From positions 77,130,001 through 77,194,000 of the forward strand of contig NC_087437.1 of the NCBI RefSeq assembly GCF_036321535.1: a stretch of 64,000 nucleotides of DNA, written 5' to 3'. The position numbers and the translations under genes are program-made. Position 1 is the stretch's first letter. The number at the start of each line of letters is the position of its first letter. Source of the DNA: Camelus dromedarius. Its lineage: Eukaryota. This document shows, in pieces, positions 62,780 through 64,000 of this stretch. The notes beneath the pieces were generated by a model. It did no database searches, had not been told where the DNA came from, and worked only from the letters and a program-made list of their open reading frames with translations.

Positions 62780-63005
62780 GAAGAGCACAATCAAAACTGG
62801 ATCAAAATCTCAGCTCCACCATTTATTCATTCATTGAAGTTAAGCTACCTCCATTAGCATCAGTCTCCTTTCTGTAAAAATGTGTGGATAAGAATACCAG
62901 AGAGGTTTGTTGAGACTATAAAATGAGATAATTTGTAAAATGGCACTAATCGTAAATAGCACATAAAAGCACAAAAAATGTTAGCCAAAAGTAGTAATAG
63001 TAAGA
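62780..63005 (+). mobile_element. MIR SINE
   Basis: aatctcagctccaccatttatt...tcagtctcctttctgtaaaaatg...aaatgagataatttgtaaa...aaatgttagc. Confidence 0.75.
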
Positions 63006-64000
63006 ACAGTGGTTGTATTTATGTTAACACAGCACCTATTAATACATTTTAGGATTCTTAATTACCATATATATTTATGAAATAAAGTTCTATCTGAGAT
63101 CTCATGCCTAGGCAATAGAAAATTTGCTTTAAAAATAATGGGAAAATGATTTTGTAGAGACTAGGTTTCTCTTCAGTTACAATATGGATGGTTTAACCTG
63201 TTAGCAAAAGAGCATACTCTTAATTGATAAAATCGGGAGAAAAAATTAAAGTGTAAGATGCTTAAAGTTTACAGTTGGGTAGGATTTTCAGATGTTTGCT
63301 ACTAATACAGGTAACCATGTACTGATACCAACCTCACTTTGTATTTGTGGACTCTCAGATAATCAGCTAACTCATTAGCGTAGAGACCCATTGACTGGCA
63401 ATGACTCAGGCCAAGCCTAACTCAGAAAGAGGCTTTCGCAAAGATACTTCAAGATCCAAAAAAAGAAAAAAAAAAAAATCCCTCCCACCAGTTCCATTCT
63501 TCTCCCACTATATTACCATAATTTTCAACCACAACCTGTCTTGTATGCATGAACCCTATACCCATCTCATCTTTGTGATCTTCAACATCTGACCCTGCAG
63601 CATTGGCGAATAAATGTTTTTACATCTTGGCACTCCATTAAAATCTCAATCCTCCTAAATTTATATTTCCTTTAAAATAATTTCATGCCTTTTATACAAA
63701 AGGAATCCAGAGACCTGTGTGTGTTTTATGTAGGTATTTGAACTCAACCAGCCAAGAAGCAAAGAAAAAGGAAATTCAGATATGTGGCCCCTCAGAGACA
63801 TTCTGCCTTAAAAAGCCTTTTCCCAGTAATGGGTGAGAGACTACAACTTGACAGTTATCTGCCCTCTTTGAGTTCACTATTATTTTATTTTAATTTTAGA
63901 CGTGTTTAAAGACCTAAAGACTGTGATTTTAAATCAACTAACAGGCACAGCCATGTCCAAAAATGTTTGAAGAAATAACTCTCTTTTTAAAGAAAAGTCA

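Noticed and set aside
1..64000. CRISPR array, operon or other prokaryote-type system
   Set aside because: Sequence is mammalian; no regularly spaced direct repeats and no gene-dense ORF structure.

Overview
AT-rich, CpG-poor eutherian genomic DNA, either intergenic or deep intronic. Two tRNA-Ala-derived SINEs of the camelid vic-1 type suggest a camelid host (inference from recalled SINE sequence). I find no supportable protein-coding gene, rRNA, genuine tRNA, CpG island or CRISPR array. The only ORFs with recognisable homology are decayed transposon relics: L1 ORF2, an ERVL gag fragment and a hAT transposase C-terminus. The window is a mosaic of old interspersed repeats (L2, MIR, L1M, MaLR/ERVL/ERV1 LTRs, hAT DNA elements) with repeat-poor blocks that look like conserved non-coding elements. 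Most notable: a clean twin-priming 5'-inverted L1 carrying a nested SINE; unexplained inserts inside otherwise collinear L2 elements; a cluster of LTR16/ERVL relics with a candidate CTCF site; a hAT-Tip100 cluster with inverted copies; and two non-repeat hairpins. Repeat family names come from recalled consensus sequences, not from a search, and boundaries without a target-site duplication (TSD) are approximate. I do not see evidence for a new multi-component biological system.
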